Below, in pieces: positions 22,039-31,794 of a DNA stretch of 64,000 nt. The notes under the pieces are model-generated. The model was given only the letters and a program-made list of their open reading frames with translations. It did no database searches and was not told the origin of the DNA. A program made the position numbers and the translations under genes. The stretch is from the IMG/VR virus record IMGVR_UViG_3300022602_000071; one strand, 5' to 3'. The first letter of the stretch is position 1. Each line of letters begins with the position of its first letter. Origin of the DNA: an uncultured virus (IMG/VR IMGVR_UViG_3300022602_000071) (taxonomy: Duplodnaviria > Heunggongvirae > Uroviricota > Caudoviricetes).

Positions 22039-22368
22039 ATGGGACGATATATTACAACAACAGGAACAGCTGGATCGGTTATTCGTTATAATGCCGGTGT
22101 CGCATATACTGCACTACCAAACGACAGAATTATTTGTACAGCTGGCGGGCAAACAATTACATTGCCGGCAACTTCGACTAGCTTAGACGGAGATACAGTT
22201 CAAATAATTGATGCTACTGGGGCGTTTAGTTCAAGCAATTGCACAGTTGCTCAAAATGGTGCTGCTTACATTGCCAATAACAATGGTAATTTAACATTAA
22301 ACGTTAATTATTGTGCTGTTACACTAATCTATTCCAGTGCATATGGTTGGTTATTAGGCGGACATTAA
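22039..22368 (+). CDS. T4 gp9/gp10-like fibre-attachment domain protein
   Basis: YTA..NDRI..TITLPA....GDTVQIIDA.G.F...L.Y....GW pattern. Confidence 0.55.
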   Translation: MGRYITTTGTAGSVIRYNAGVAYTALPNDRIICTAGGQTITLPATSTSLDGDTVQIIDATGAFSSSNCTVAQNGAAYIANNNGNLTLNVNYCAVTLIYSSAYGWLLGGH

Positions 22369-22369
22369 T

Positions 22370-23170
22370 ATGGCAACATCTAGTCTGTCAGGTTTAATAA
22401 TTCAAAATCCAACATCCGCGGCTGCTACCTATCGATTTAATCAAATAGCTGTGATGACTAGTGGTCATAACGATGACGGAGTCCAAAATGGTGGTGCTTG
22501 CTGTTGCTTCAAACCAAATAGCTGTACCACATATATAACATTTGAACTGTGGGGTGCTGGCGGAGATGGTGGTGGTGGATGCTGTTGTCAGGGCAATTAT
22601 CGTTCACCGAACCCTGGGTTTTATGTCAAAAAAACAGTTAGCGGAAGTCTTTGCCCTTACTATAATGTCTGTTCAGCTGGTTCAGGATGTTGTTCCTGTG
22701 GTTGTTGCGGAACATGCGGATTTCCTAGTTTTGTAACAAATTCAGCAGGTTCAACTATTGCTTGTGCAGTAGGCGGTTCTGGTGGATGCACTGGGTGTTG
22801 GCATGGTATAGGTTGTAATCCCTGTACCGGCATTTGTCAGTATGCCTGCAATACTTTAATTTGTTGCGGACCTTCAGCATATGATATTGCTTTTCAAGGT
22901 ACTTCTTTAGGTCAAATGGACAATTATTTCTGCGCTCAGTTTACAGTACAATTAGTTCAAGGTGCTATTAAATATCAACCAAATGCTAGACACAGTCTAG
23001 ATCCTTGTTGCACCTCGATGACCATAGAGGGTTGTTGTAAATTTGGTAGCAGCGGCTCACAAGCTATACCGTGGCCAGGCGGTCCAGGAAATGCTGGTAC
23101 AGGTTGCGGTGGCGGATGCTGTTGGGGTCAATGGGGATCTAGCGGACTAGTATTAATTACATACGGTTAA
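22370..23170 (+). CDS. Cys/Gly-rich gp38-like adhesin (copy 1)
   Basis: ITFELWGAGGDGGGGCCC...G..GLVLITY; about 32 Cys in 266 aa. Confidence 0.6.
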   Translation: MATSSLSGLIIQNPTSAAATYRFNQIAVMTSGHNDDGVQNGGACCCFKPNSCTTYITFELWGAGGDGGGGCCCQGNYRSPNPGFYVKKTVSGSLCPYYNVCSAGSGCCSCGCCGTCGFPSFVTNSAGSTIACAVGGSGGCTGCWHGIGCNPCTGICQYACNTLICCGPSAYDIAFQGTSLGQMDNYFCAQFTVQLVQGAIKYQPNARHSLDPCCTSMTIEGCCKFGSSGSQAIPWPGGPGNAGTGCGGGCCWGQWGSSGLVLITYG

Positions 23171-23182
23171 AAAGGATAAAAA

Positions 23183-24166
23183 ATGGGTGATCAATCAAAA
23201 AATACCAAGGTATCTGTAACATTTACATATCCTGTTGCAGATTATTATTTGGCTCAAACTAATAGTAAAAATCTAACAGGCACTTGGACTTATACAGGTC
23301 CAGACAAAATTTGGATATTTGTAGATAATACTACAAAGAAAATTATCGGCAGATTCCACTATACTGAAGCAGATGACGGTGCAGATATTCCTACACCCGA
23401 AGGTCAAACTAAAGTTTTAGTAGATGCTAATGTAAATCCAGATATTGCCAGTTTGTGTCATGGAGAAATAGATTATGCTACATTGCCTCACGGACAAAAG
23501 ACACATCCTGACGACAGCCAGTACTTATGGCCTGAACCAACTCCTCCAGATCATACATATGAATTAACAGAAATTCAATATGATGCAACTACTAATACAT
23601 TTATTAAACCGTATCCTTGGAAAAAACCTCATATGACATGGGAAGAATTACTTACTTGGAGAAACGGTAATTTAGCAGGAACTGATGAATTGTATAACAA
23701 ATCAAGTCCATCAGATAAAGCACACTGGGCAGCCTATAGGCAATGGATGAGAGATTTAACTGCTACACATCAAGCCAATGGAGTTAATCCTTGGGAGGTG
23801 ATTCCTCCATTAAGACCAGATGAATTGCACAATGATAAATCTAATGCTGCCATTCCTCCAGTACTGTATACACCAGTTAAAAACCCACAGATTACCAGTA
23901 CCACAGGCGTGTTTTCTTGTGATGCGTTAATCGTAGCACCAACTGTGGGTCAGCCTGTAAAGATTACAGGAACATTCAGCAGCGGTAGTATAACTGGATA
24001 TACATCAGGTGCGACTTATTATGTTGTTGGTTCTCCTACAACTACAGCTTTCCAATTATCGTCAACAGCAGGCGGCGGACCAATTACCAGCACAGTCAGT
24101 ACAGGTACCATTACTGGTATTGATATAAAATTGACAATTTTGGCTAGTGTTCGACCAGCAAACTAA
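23183..24166 (+). CDS. Tail-fibre assembly chaperone-like protein with a C-terminal beta module
   Basis: W..L..WRN..L..TD...W..YRQ..RDL motif of phage tail assembly chaperones. Confidence 0.65.
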   Translation: MGDQSKNTKVSVTFTYPVADYYLAQTNSKNLTGTWTYTGPDKIWIFVDNTTKKIIGRFHYTEADDGADIPTPEGQTKVLVDANVNPDIASLCHGEIDYATLPHGQKTHPDDSQYLWPEPTPPDHTYELTEIQYDATTNTFIKPYPWKKPHMTWEELLTWRNGNLAGTDELYNKSSPSDKAHWAAYRQWMRDLTATHQANGVNPWEVIPPLRPDELHNDKSNAAIPPVLYTPVKNPQITSTTGVFSCDALIVAPTVGQPVKITGTFSSGSITGYTSGATYYVVGSPTTTAFQLSSTAGGGPITSTVSTGTITGIDIKLTILASVRPAN

Positions 24167-24180
24167 TAGGAAATATATAA

Positions 24181-24936
24181 ATGGCATCGACTAATTTAGC
24201 AACATTATTTCCCGATAGTAGATTTACACAACCATTATCATACGGCAATCCATATAATGTAATTTACATTTATAATACCAGCACCAACGCGGCAAGTAAC
24301 GGTGGACAATGCTGTTTATGGACAGTTCCGTCAGGCGCTACATGGGCTAAATTTGAAGTCTGGGGCGGCGGCGGCGGTGGTGGTGGCAGTTGTTGCTGTC
24401 AACAACAATGTTTCAGCGGCGGCTCGGGCAGCTATGCTAGAAAAACTATTCAAGTAGTTCCAACACAACAATATACAATCTGCGCTGGTGGTTCAACTGG
24501 TTGCAGTAGCAACTGTAATGGCGGTTGCGGATATGCTAGTTACGCTTGCAATGCGACAGCTAGTTATCCGTTGTGTTTGTGCGCTTCAGGTGGATTTTGC
24601 GGAGTAACTGGTTGTTTTTTCAGTAATAACAGTTGTGGCGCAGTAAGTTGTCAAGCGGGAAGTGCTTGTGGTTTTGATTTAGCAATTTGCGGACTAGTTT
24701 CAGGAGCAGGCGCATCTACTTGTGGATATATGAGTTGGGACTACGGTTCTGAGCCCACTTACATTGGCGCTGGGGTCAGGATGAGTTTGGACCAGTGCGG
24801 AAATACTTATGGAGACGCTCGCGGCGGATGCGCTAGTTTTCCGGGAGGCGGCGGATCAGGCGCTAGCGCTAACGGCGGTAACTGTTATCAAGGCGGTCAC
24901 GGTGCGGGCGGACTTGTAATCATAACTTACAAATGA
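24181..24936 (+). CDS. Cys/Gly-rich gp38-like adhesin (copy 2)
   Basis: WTVPSGATWAKFEVWGGGGGGGGSCCC...GGLVIITY; about 23 Cys. Confidence 0.65.
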   Translation: MASTNLATLFPDSRFTQPLSYGNPYNVIYIYNTSTNAASNGGQCCLWTVPSGATWAKFEVWGGGGGGGGSCCCQQQCFSGGSGSYARKTIQVVPTQQYTICAGGSTGCSSNCNGGCGYASYACNATASYPLCLCASGGFCGVTGCFFSNNSCGAVSCQAGSACGFDLAICGLVSGAGASTCGYMSWDYGSEPTYIGAGVRMSLDQCGNTYGDARGGCASFPGGGGSGASANGGNCYQGGHGAGGLVIITYK

Positions 24937-24949
24937 TAGGAATATAATA

Positions 24950-25717
24950 ATGGCAACTATTAATTTAGCAACGATAGCGTTCACAGTTCCCTCAACAACG
25001 ATATTAACCACTAATACTCCTAAAGAATTCAGTGTTTGTAATACCAGTCCACAGTCGGCAGCTAATGGTGGATTCTGTTGTAATTTTGTAGCACCAGCTG
25101 GAACCACATGGATAACTTTTGAAATGTGGGGCGGAGGATCTGGTGGAGGTGGCGCATGCTGTTGCATGCAGTCAACTCAAGGAGGAGGTGCAGGATCATA
25201 TGCTATAAAAACAATTAATTGCGGAACAACAGGCGGTCTAGCTGGTGCCAGTTATACAATTTGTGCTGCAGGTTCAGGCAACTGCGCTGGAGCATGCTAT
25301 GGATGCGGAGGCTATACCAGTTATGTAAACGGTCCAGGATTGAGTAATTTTTGTGCACAGCCAGCTAGAAGTGGTGATACTCATTGTTTTGCTGGTGATG
25401 GGTATTACATTCCTTGTGTAATGTGTTTTTATTGCTGTGCCTGTGGCGGCGATATTAATATAAGCGGTGCTAACGGTTCAGCTTTAACTACTCAGTATTG
25501 TTTTTCATATTCTTATGGATATACAGCAGTAGCAGCTGCTACAGTTTCAGGTCCGGTAATCAACGGTGGACAATGTGGAACTGGCGGTGGAGCCAATGGA
25601 GTATATGGTTATGGCATTGTGCCAGGTGGCGGCGGACAAAATGCCACTAGTTATGGAGGCGGTTGCTGCTGGGGCGGATTCGGTAACCAAGGACAAGTTT
25701 CAGTAACATACGGATAA
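24950..25717 (+). CDS. Cys/Gly-rich gp38-like adhesin (copy 3)
   Basis: FVAPAGTTWITFEMWGGGSGGGGACCC...GQVSVTY; about 22 Cys. Confidence 0.65.
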   Translation: MATINLATIAFTVPSTTILTTNTPKEFSVCNTSPQSAANGGFCCNFVAPAGTTWITFEMWGGGSGGGGACCCMQSTQGGGAGSYAIKTINCGTTGGLAGASYTICAAGSGNCAGACYGCGGYTSYVNGPGLSNFCAQPARSGDTHCFAGDGYYIPCVMCFYCCACGGDINISGANGSALTTQYCFSYSYGYTAVAAATVSGPVINGGQCGTGGGANGVYGYGIVPGGGGQNATSYGGGCCWGGFGNQGQVSVTYG

Positions 25718-25720
25718 AAA

Positions 25721-26680
25721 ATGAACAAAATTATTAGTCAAACATTTACTTATGATTTACCAGATGATTATTTGTTGACAACAAATAATTTGAAAAAAAC
25801 AGGCACATGGACTTATAATGGCCCTGATAAAATTTGGGTATTTGTAAACAAAGAAACATTAAAATGGCAACAAGGTCATTTTCTTACCGAAGATGATGAT
25901 GGTCCAGACTATCCAGCCCCGTTAGACTGTCATCTGGTCAAAGTAGATTGCACAACAAATCCCAAAATGTGCCATATATTTGGCGCAGACGCTAGCAGAT
26001 ATCATTATGATAAATTGTCAACAGCGGATGAAACATTAGCTGACGGTGCTGTTTACACTAGACCAGATCCTCCACCACCTGATCACACACATGATCACGA
26101 GACTGTAACATATGATCCTGCAACAGATACATGGTCCACACCATGGAGGGAACCTCATGTAACTTGGAATCATATTAGAGGATGGAGGAATGGTATACTA
26201 TCATCTACAGATCATATAGCCACAGCCGATGATATTCCTTCAGCCACAAAAACTGCTTGGCAAACTTACAGACAAAAACTTAGAGATTTACCTCAAGTTC
26301 ATGGTGCAACTAACATGCTCAAAACAATCGATTTGACTGCAGCATCTCCTACTAATACACAAGGTCAAACGATCATTCAACTTACAGATGCTACTGGTAT
26401 CACTGTAGGAATGGATGTAGGCATTACTACTTTTGGTTGTCCAGACATTTTTGCTAGTCATACAACTGTTGTAAGTATTTCTAGCAATCAAATTACGCTG
26501 AGTTCCGCACTAGTAGCTACCCCTTTAAGTATAAATGGCAATGCAGCCATAACTTTTAGTCCGGCTCCAACTACACATCCTTGGAAGGTCCAACCTTACG
26601 ATGATCCTAATGGCATATACGGTACAAATAAACCCACTACTACCGATCCGTTATTTGACCCAGATCCTAATCATCCATAA
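25721..26680 (+). CDS. Tail-fibre assembly chaperone-like protein, paralogue of 23183
   Basis: TFTY...GTWTY.GPDKIW+FV; PPDHT; WRN.IL..TD..WQTYRQKLRDLP. Confidence 0.65.
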   Translation: MNKIISQTFTYDLPDDYLLTTNNLKKTGTWTYNGPDKIWVFVNKETLKWQQGHFLTEDDDGPDYPAPLDCHLVKVDCTTNPKMCHIFGADASRYHYDKLSTADETLADGAVYTRPDPPPPDHTHDHETVTYDPATDTWSTPWREPHVTWNHIRGWRNGILSSTDHIATADDIPSATKTAWQTYRQKLRDLPQVHGATNMLKTIDLTAASPTNTQGQTIIQLTDATGITVGMDVGITTFGCPDIFASHTTVVSISSNQITLSSALVATPLSINGNAAITFSPAPTTHPWKVQPYDDPNGIYGTNKPTTTDPLFDPDPNHP

Positions 26681-26707
26681 AAAAAGCAGCTTACGCTGCT
26701 TTTTTTT
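26679..26707. terminator. Bidirectional intrinsic terminator
   Basis: A7-GCAGC-ttac-GCTGC-T8 between convergent genes. Confidence 0.9.
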
Positions 26708-28523
26708 AGGTATTACTGATTTTAATTAATTTACCATATTCTGGTAAGTACAAATATTCAATACTGCATCGACTTAGGGTATCTAGCGCATCATCTAATG
26801 TCTCCACTAATGGATCGCCACCTAAGTTAAAACTGGTATTAAACAAAATTGGTACTCCTGTCTGATTATAAAATTCAGATATAAGTGCATAAAAATGTTT
26901 ATTTTGTTCTTCAGTAACAGTTTGAATCCTACAAGTTCCGTCCACATGGATAATACTAGGTATTTTTTCAGCAACCCCTTCTTTACAGTTTACAGCATAC
27001 ATCATATAAGGACTGTCTTTCATTCCTCTAAGATCAAACCACTCGTGGACATGATCCTGAAGTATACTGCCTGCAAATGGTCTAAAATACTCACGATGTT
27101 TTACACTATTTACAAAATCTTTACCATCAGCGTAAGTAGGATTAAACAAGATACTGCGATTTCCCAGTGCTCTTGGCCCGTTTTCGCTGCGACCTTGGAA
27201 CATAGTAACAATATTTTTATTGAGCAGTAATTCTACAACATCTGCATAACCGGCATCAGTTACTTCTGCACTATAATTACTAGCCAGCTGATTAATTTCG
27301 TCATCGGAATAGTTGTATTCAAAACCTAAATATAGTCCATCTTTGCAATGATTTTTATTTTGGAAATTAGGGCCAGACATGAAATATTTTTTGTGTACCA
27401 GTAAAGCAGCTCCAATGGCTGTTCCAGCATCGTTACTAATTGGTTCAACATATAGTTCAATGCCGTCTTTTTGTAAATGTTGCAGGTAATAATAATTAGC
27501 CACACAATTTAATCCATAACCGCCACTGAGAACTACTTTCTTAATGCCAGTTTTTTCTACAGCTTTGCGAATTAACAATAATACTTGTTCCTGTGTCTGC
27601 GTTTGACAAGCATAAGCTAAATCTCTACGACTTTGAAGAAGTGTAACATCTTCTGTAGATTCTTCGTTTAGGAATGTAAATAATTTAGCGTTAATAGCTG
27701 CACCATTAGGATATGTAGGAACAACTATATTTCTGTTGGATAGTGGTGCTATTCCAGTTGTATCAAATAACGCAGGGATTTGATCATTAGGATTACCGTA
27801 AGGAAATAGACCCATAGTTTTCCCGGCTTCTATACTATCCCAACCGCAATATTGAGTTACAGCTTCGTAAACTTTAGTAATTCCAGCTCTATCAGTGACT
27901 AGTGCTTCGTGAGTTTGTCCATGTTCATCATAAATGGAACTATCAAATTCTTCCACTAAAGCGCCAGTTAATGGACCACGAGTTCCTATGTGTTTATAGA
28001 CAGTTTTGAACCAATCAGGATAGGTGCATTCATAAACGCTTTCAACTTCCCAACCGGTGAGACTTTCTCTACCTGCTGTCAATGGTATAAAAGTTCCTGC
28101 TCCGTCCACAATAACTGCAGTGGCTTCGTCAAAACCTGATCGATAAAATGCGCAGGCTGCATGCAATTTATGATGAATATGACTTAGATCGATAACTTGA
28201 GGATGTTCATAAGGATTTTCTTTTCTACTGATTAAATTTAGTTTCCTTGCTATTCCTGTATAAATGTCATCGCCTGAAAAATCTACTCTTCCTGCTGTAT
28301 CTTTTAGAGCTTGAGTATGTGCAATTACAAGATAATCTAAATGATCTGTATATTCTAAAATCTCCATCATGGCAGCAAACGGTCCACCGTCATATTTTTT
28401 ACGGCTTAACCGTTCTTCTTCAATACTAAAAACAATTTCATCATTTTTTAGTAGACAAACACTGCTGTTATGTCCTCTAGCAACACCTGCAATCCAGATA
28501 TCTCTTGAAAGTTTCTTTGTCAT
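26706..28523 (-). CDS. Carbamoyltransferase, NodU/CmcH/TobZ family (start probably 28523 rather than 28544)
   Basis: HHKLHA..AFY.S, DGAG, GKTMGL, LNCVAN, NDAGTAIGAA, GPRALGNRSIL, FRPFA, HVDGT.R.QTV, NTSFN motifs; AGGA SD before MTKK. Confidence 0.93.
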   Translation of the reverse strand: MTKKLSRDIWIAGVARGHNSSVCLLKNDEIVFSIEEERLSRKKYDGGPFAAMMEILEYTDHLDYLVIAHTQALKDTAGRVDFSGDDIYTGIARKLNLISRKENPYEHPQVIDLSHIHHKLHAACAFYRSGFDEATAVIVDGAGTFIPLTAGRESLTGWEVESVYECTYPDWFKTVYKHIGTRGPLTGALVEEFDSSIYDEHGQTHEALVTDRAGITKVYEAVTQYCGWDSIEAGKTMGLFPYGNPNDQIPALFDTTGIAPLSNRNIVVPTYPNGAAINAKLFTFLNEESTEDVTLLQSRRDLAYACQTQTQEQVLLLIRKAVEKTGIKKVVLSGGYGLNCVANYYYLQHLQKDGIELYVEPISNDAGTAIGAALLVHKKYFMSGPNFQNKNHCKDGLYLGFEYNYSDDEINQLASNYSAEVTDAGYADVVELLLNKNIVTMFQGRSENGPRALGNRSILFNPTYADGKDFVNSVKHREYFRPFAGSILQDHVHEWFDLRGMKDSPYMMYAVNCKEGVAEKIPSIIHVDGTCRIQTVTEEQNKHFYALISEFYNQTGVPILFNTSFNLGGDPLVETLDDALDTLSRCSIEYLYLPEYGKLIKISNT

Positions 28524-28524
28524 T

Positions 28525-29448
28525 TTATATTCCTGTATTTTCAACGAAGTTATTTAAATTTGGTCGGAAAATTTTTTTACTTTGGGGTTCGTCTCTAAAC
28601 AGTTTTCCTATGTGATGTTCGAATACTCGTTTATTAGACTTATATTTCTTATGAATATTCATAATCTTAGAAACAATATCATCGAGTTGATTAAAATATT
28701 CATCCGGTAATGCTAACTTATTTTTCATTTCTTGTTCAATGTAAATCCTTGACTGTGCAGGACTAGGGTGTAAATCTATAAAACTTTCACCATATTCATC
28801 TAAAAAATCAAATGTTAAGTCTGGATATTTTTGACAATGCAATTCTAACGGAGTAAGCCAACGATCTTTTCGATTTTCAAACAATGGTTCTCGATAAACA
28901 GCTAAGTGAGGTATTATGTCCCATGCTGTTTTTTCTTTTGAAACATATTTAGTAACTCCAGTTTTTTCACCGTAACCTGTACGATCACGGATATCGGCAC
29001 CCAATTTACTAATATCTCCTATACTGGTCATATACCATGTACAACCTATTGAATCGAGTAGGCCTTGTACCAATGATATAAAATTTAAAGTATGCATGAA
29101 ATAAGCAGGTTCATGGAAAAAGGTTTCAATCCATTTTCTATCATATATTGTTTGATTTTTATAGTTAAAAATACTACCTGCTGTCTGCCATCCTGGCAAT
29201 CTGTCCGGTAAATTATTAACGTGATACCAATCGTTACGAAGATGACTGCTCCATTGAATCAACACCGTATCATCTTTAGTTATAGGATTCCTAACATGGC
29301 ATTCTGATACCAATTCTGCAATAGCCCTATTACCTAATCCTGGTTCAGCCCATTGTTCTATTCCATCAAAATGATAACAGAGCAATTCAGCATAGCTAGG
29401 CCATGCATAGCTGGTGTAGCTACAGCCAAATATTCTCAATCTTTTCAT
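28525..29448 (-). CDS. SGNH/GDSL-like hydrolase-fold protein (start probably 29448)
   Basis: FGCSYT, G.GN and D.HP blocks; ATG immediately after the upstream stop. Confidence 0.55.
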   Translation of the reverse strand: MKRLRIFGCSYTSYAWPSYAELLCYHFDGIEQWAEPGLGNRAIAELVSECHVRNPITKDDTVLIQWSSHLRNDWYHVNNLPDRLPGWQTAGSIFNYKNQTIYDRKWIETFFHEPAYFMHTLNFISLVQGLLDSIGCTWYMTSIGDISKLGADIRDRTGYGEKTGVTKYVSKEKTAWDIIPHLAVYREPLFENRKDRWLTPLELHCQKYPDLTFDFLDEYGESFIDLHPSPAQSRIYIEQEMKNKLALPDEYFNQLDDIVSKIMNIHKKYKSNKRVFEHHIGKLFRDEPQSKKIFRPNLNNFVENTGI

Positions 29449-29449
29449 T

Positions 29450-30454
29450 TTATCTTGCACAACTTGCAGGTTCAGCAGTTGTAGCGTGAATCTCAGGTGT
29501 TGCTAGCGTACTATTTTTAAATTTTTTAATACCTGTGTCTACAGATTTAATAATAGCATCTTCAACAGCTTCATTCATTTTCATAATGCCGTCATTTCCT
29601 CGATCAGCAACTTCGTCCATTGTAATTCTAATAGGACTATAAGTTCTACGATCTCCTCCTACATCTAACACTTCAAACATATCACATTCGGGATAAGATA
29701 CATTTACATCAAATGTCGAGCCTAACACTACACTAGCAGGCTTGTACATTGCATAAGCAAGGTGTTGCCCTACACTATCACAGCCTAAAAAGTAATCTGC
29801 ATTTCCAATTACTCCTGCCCATTGGCGGATATTCATATTTTGAGGAAATGCTACCGGGTCTTTGCAACCATGCTTGCTAAAATCTATACCAATTTCACTC
29901 ATCATTATAACTGCATATTTTTTCTGCAATTTCTTAATAATATTAATTACATGTTGCGCTTCGAAACTTCGACCACTGGAATCAAAAATAACATTATTTT
30001 GCGAAACAACTCCGCGACCAAATGGTTGAAATACAACAACAACATCCTTTTTTGTTTTTTCTTTTACTTCTTTGACTATGTTGTGTCCTGTAAACATCTC
30101 TTCATTAGACATTTTTATTGTAGGTCTTGGCAAGGGTCGTATGCCTTTATTATTGATGATGATATCAAAAGCCTGTGCAATCGAACATTTTTGATTGAAA
30201 TATTCCCAAACTCTGTAAGGCTCGGGGCTAATTAGATCCATATTGACTAATTTTTCTTCAAATAAATTTTTGTGCCAATGATCGTAGGTTCGAGAAAATA
30301 ATGTAGGGTGTCCTTTGAACATATCAGTGCCACCTTCACAAACTATAATAAAATCTTTACTAGTTTCTTCGTAATATTTTTCCAGTGCTGGTATAGCGCA
30401 AATAGTTCTTCCGGCTCCACCGTTAATAAAAAATGCTTTAGCTCTTTCAGTCAT
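29450..30454 (-). CDS. GT-B glycosyltransferase, GT9 (heptosyltransferase)-like
   Basis: GGAGRTICAIPAL at the N-terminus; IRQWAGVIGNADYFLGCDSVGQHLAYAM.KP..VVLGST. Confidence 0.7.
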   Translation of the reverse strand: MTERAKAFFINGGAGRTICAIPALEKYYEETSKDFIIVCEGGTDMFKGHPTLFSRTYDHWHKNLFEEKLVNMDLISPEPYRVWEYFNQKCSIAQAFDIIINNKGIRPLPRPTIKMSNEEMFTGHNIVKEVKEKTKKDVVVVFQPFGRGVVSQNNVIFDSSGRSFEAQHVINIIKKLQKKYAVIMMSEIGIDFSKHGCKDPVAFPQNMNIRQWAGVIGNADYFLGCDSVGQHLAYAMYKPASVVLGSTFDVNVSYPECDMFEVLDVGGDRRTYSPIRITMDEVADRGNDGIMKMNEAVEDAIIKSVDTGIKKFKNSTLATPEIHATTAEPASCAR

Positions 30455-30525
30455 ACATGTTCCTAAAATTATAGTATGCTATAATTTAGCATATTTTAGT
30501 GAAAGCTGCAATAGATTTGATATGA

Positions 30526-30532
30526 ATAAATA
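30526..30532 (+). promoter_or_regulatory. T4-type late promoter
   Basis: ATAAATA in the divergent intergenic region. Confidence 0.6.
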
Positions 30533-30552
30533 CATAATGATATGGAAACTCC

Positions 30553-31794
30553 ATGAAATTTTTTGATTATTTTACCGAAGGCTTAAAAAACACCTTAAAA
30601 CTCAAGAACCGTGCAGGCATGAGTTTTAAAAACGAAGCTGTGCCGGTACGCCCAAATACGATCCTAGATACATGGTATATGGGAGATTTTACCAGTGCTA
30701 CTTACGAAGTAGCGGTAGAGTATGGAGCTAATGATATAGAAAGATTAACAGTTGTAGTTAGCGCTCGAGTTAATCAGGCCAGTTTAACAGTTTATGGCAG
30801 AACTAATTCGGGAAAAGATCTAGTACAATTTACAACAACAGTTAATTCTTCAAATGTTAGTTTAATTGTAAGTCCTTTTTATTCTGCTGACAATGTCAGT
30901 TCATTGACTGGCGTTTATTTAACATGGACAGCGGTATATGCAGAGAGAATGGTTAGATTACAGATTCCAACAACCAATGGTGAAAGCACAAATAGTGGTG
31001 GTGAATTGGGTGTATTATCAAACTGGACCAACAATTTAGGCAATAATGTTATACAAGTTAACGACGCAGGTTCGATTGCTATAAGCAATATTGGAACTAT
31101 TATCTCTCCGGGCATCCAACCGCTTGTATCTGCATTTATTTTAGATACACTGACATTACAGAATACTGACGGAAATATCAGTATTGTATTAACACCTACG
31201 GTACAAGTTTCCGGTTCAATTTCTGGTAATACATTAACTATCACTTCGAACAATGGCAAACTAGGCATTGGTATGATAATTTCTGACGGCGTCGGATTAA
31301 TTACCGGAACTACCATTATTGCAGGTCCCTTAACCGGCACTGCCACTAGCTTTTCTAGCACTTGGACAGTTAGCAACACAGGTACAGTCACTGGTATTTC
31401 GTCAATTATTTCAAATACCTTAACTATATCTTTATCTCAAGTTCCTAATTTAACAGTTAACTATTCATTTATTTCAACTATACAGTCTGGCACATTGGAT
31501 AACACTAGAATAGGACCCAGTACACCTTTAGCTGGAACTGTGAGCACACTATCAATATCAGGAACAACTTCATTATCTCAAAGTAATAGTGTGATTACAA
31601 TTAAACCAAAAGGAGTTGGTACTGTTAATCTGCATCCTACGCAAGTAGGAACTATAGATAATATTGTAATTGGATCAGTTGTTCCTGTAACTGCAAAATT
31701 CACAACACTGACAATAACTCAACAACCTACACTGAATAATCAGTTGGTATCGTTAGGCAACATACAAGCCCGATTACTTCTTGGAGCAATTTAA
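30553..31794 (+). CDS. Virion structural / fibre-like protein
   Basis: GT+DN..IG..(T/V)P repeats shared with the next two genes. Confidence 0.6.
   Translation: MKFFDYFTEGLKNTLKLKNRAGMSFKNEAVPVRPNTILDTWYMGDFTSATYEVAVEYGANDIERLTVVVSARVNQASLTVYGRTNSGKDLVQFTTTVNSSNVSLIVSPFYSADNVSSLTGVYLTWTAVYAERMVRLQIPTTNGESTNSGGELGVLSNWTNNLGNNVIQVNDAGSIAISNIGTIISPGIQPLVSAFILDTLTLQNTDGNISIVLTPTVQVSGSISGNTLTITSNNGKLGIGMIISDGVGLITGTTIIAGPLTGTATSFSSTWTVSNTGTVTGISSIISNTLTISLSQVPNLTVNYSFISTIQSGTLDNTRIGPSTPLAGTVSTLSISGTTSLSQSNSVITIKPKGVGTVNLHPTQVGTIDNIVIGSVVPVTAKFTTLTITQQPTLNNQLVSLGNIQARLLLGAI

Noticed and set aside
24361..24387. (GGC)n(GGT)n tract as a phase-variable repeat or G-quadruplex
   Set aside because: Explained by the encoded poly-Gly; triplet slippage would keep the frame
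22370..25717. Cys-rich genes as RiPP/bacteriocin precursors or eukaryotic contamination
   Set aside because: About 250 aa long with a gp38-like Gly-rich pattern, flanked by tail chaperones and under a phage late promoter; no leader/core layout or transporter
6636..26680. Diversity-generating retroelement acting on the fibre or adhesin paralogues
   Set aside because: No reverse transcriptase in the window, and paralogue differences are mostly synonymous-site changes rather than adenine-specific TR/VR mismatches
30482..30489. Late promoter for the minus-strand enzyme operon (CTAAATTA)
   Set aside because: One mismatch to the consensus in very AT-rich DNA; too weak to call
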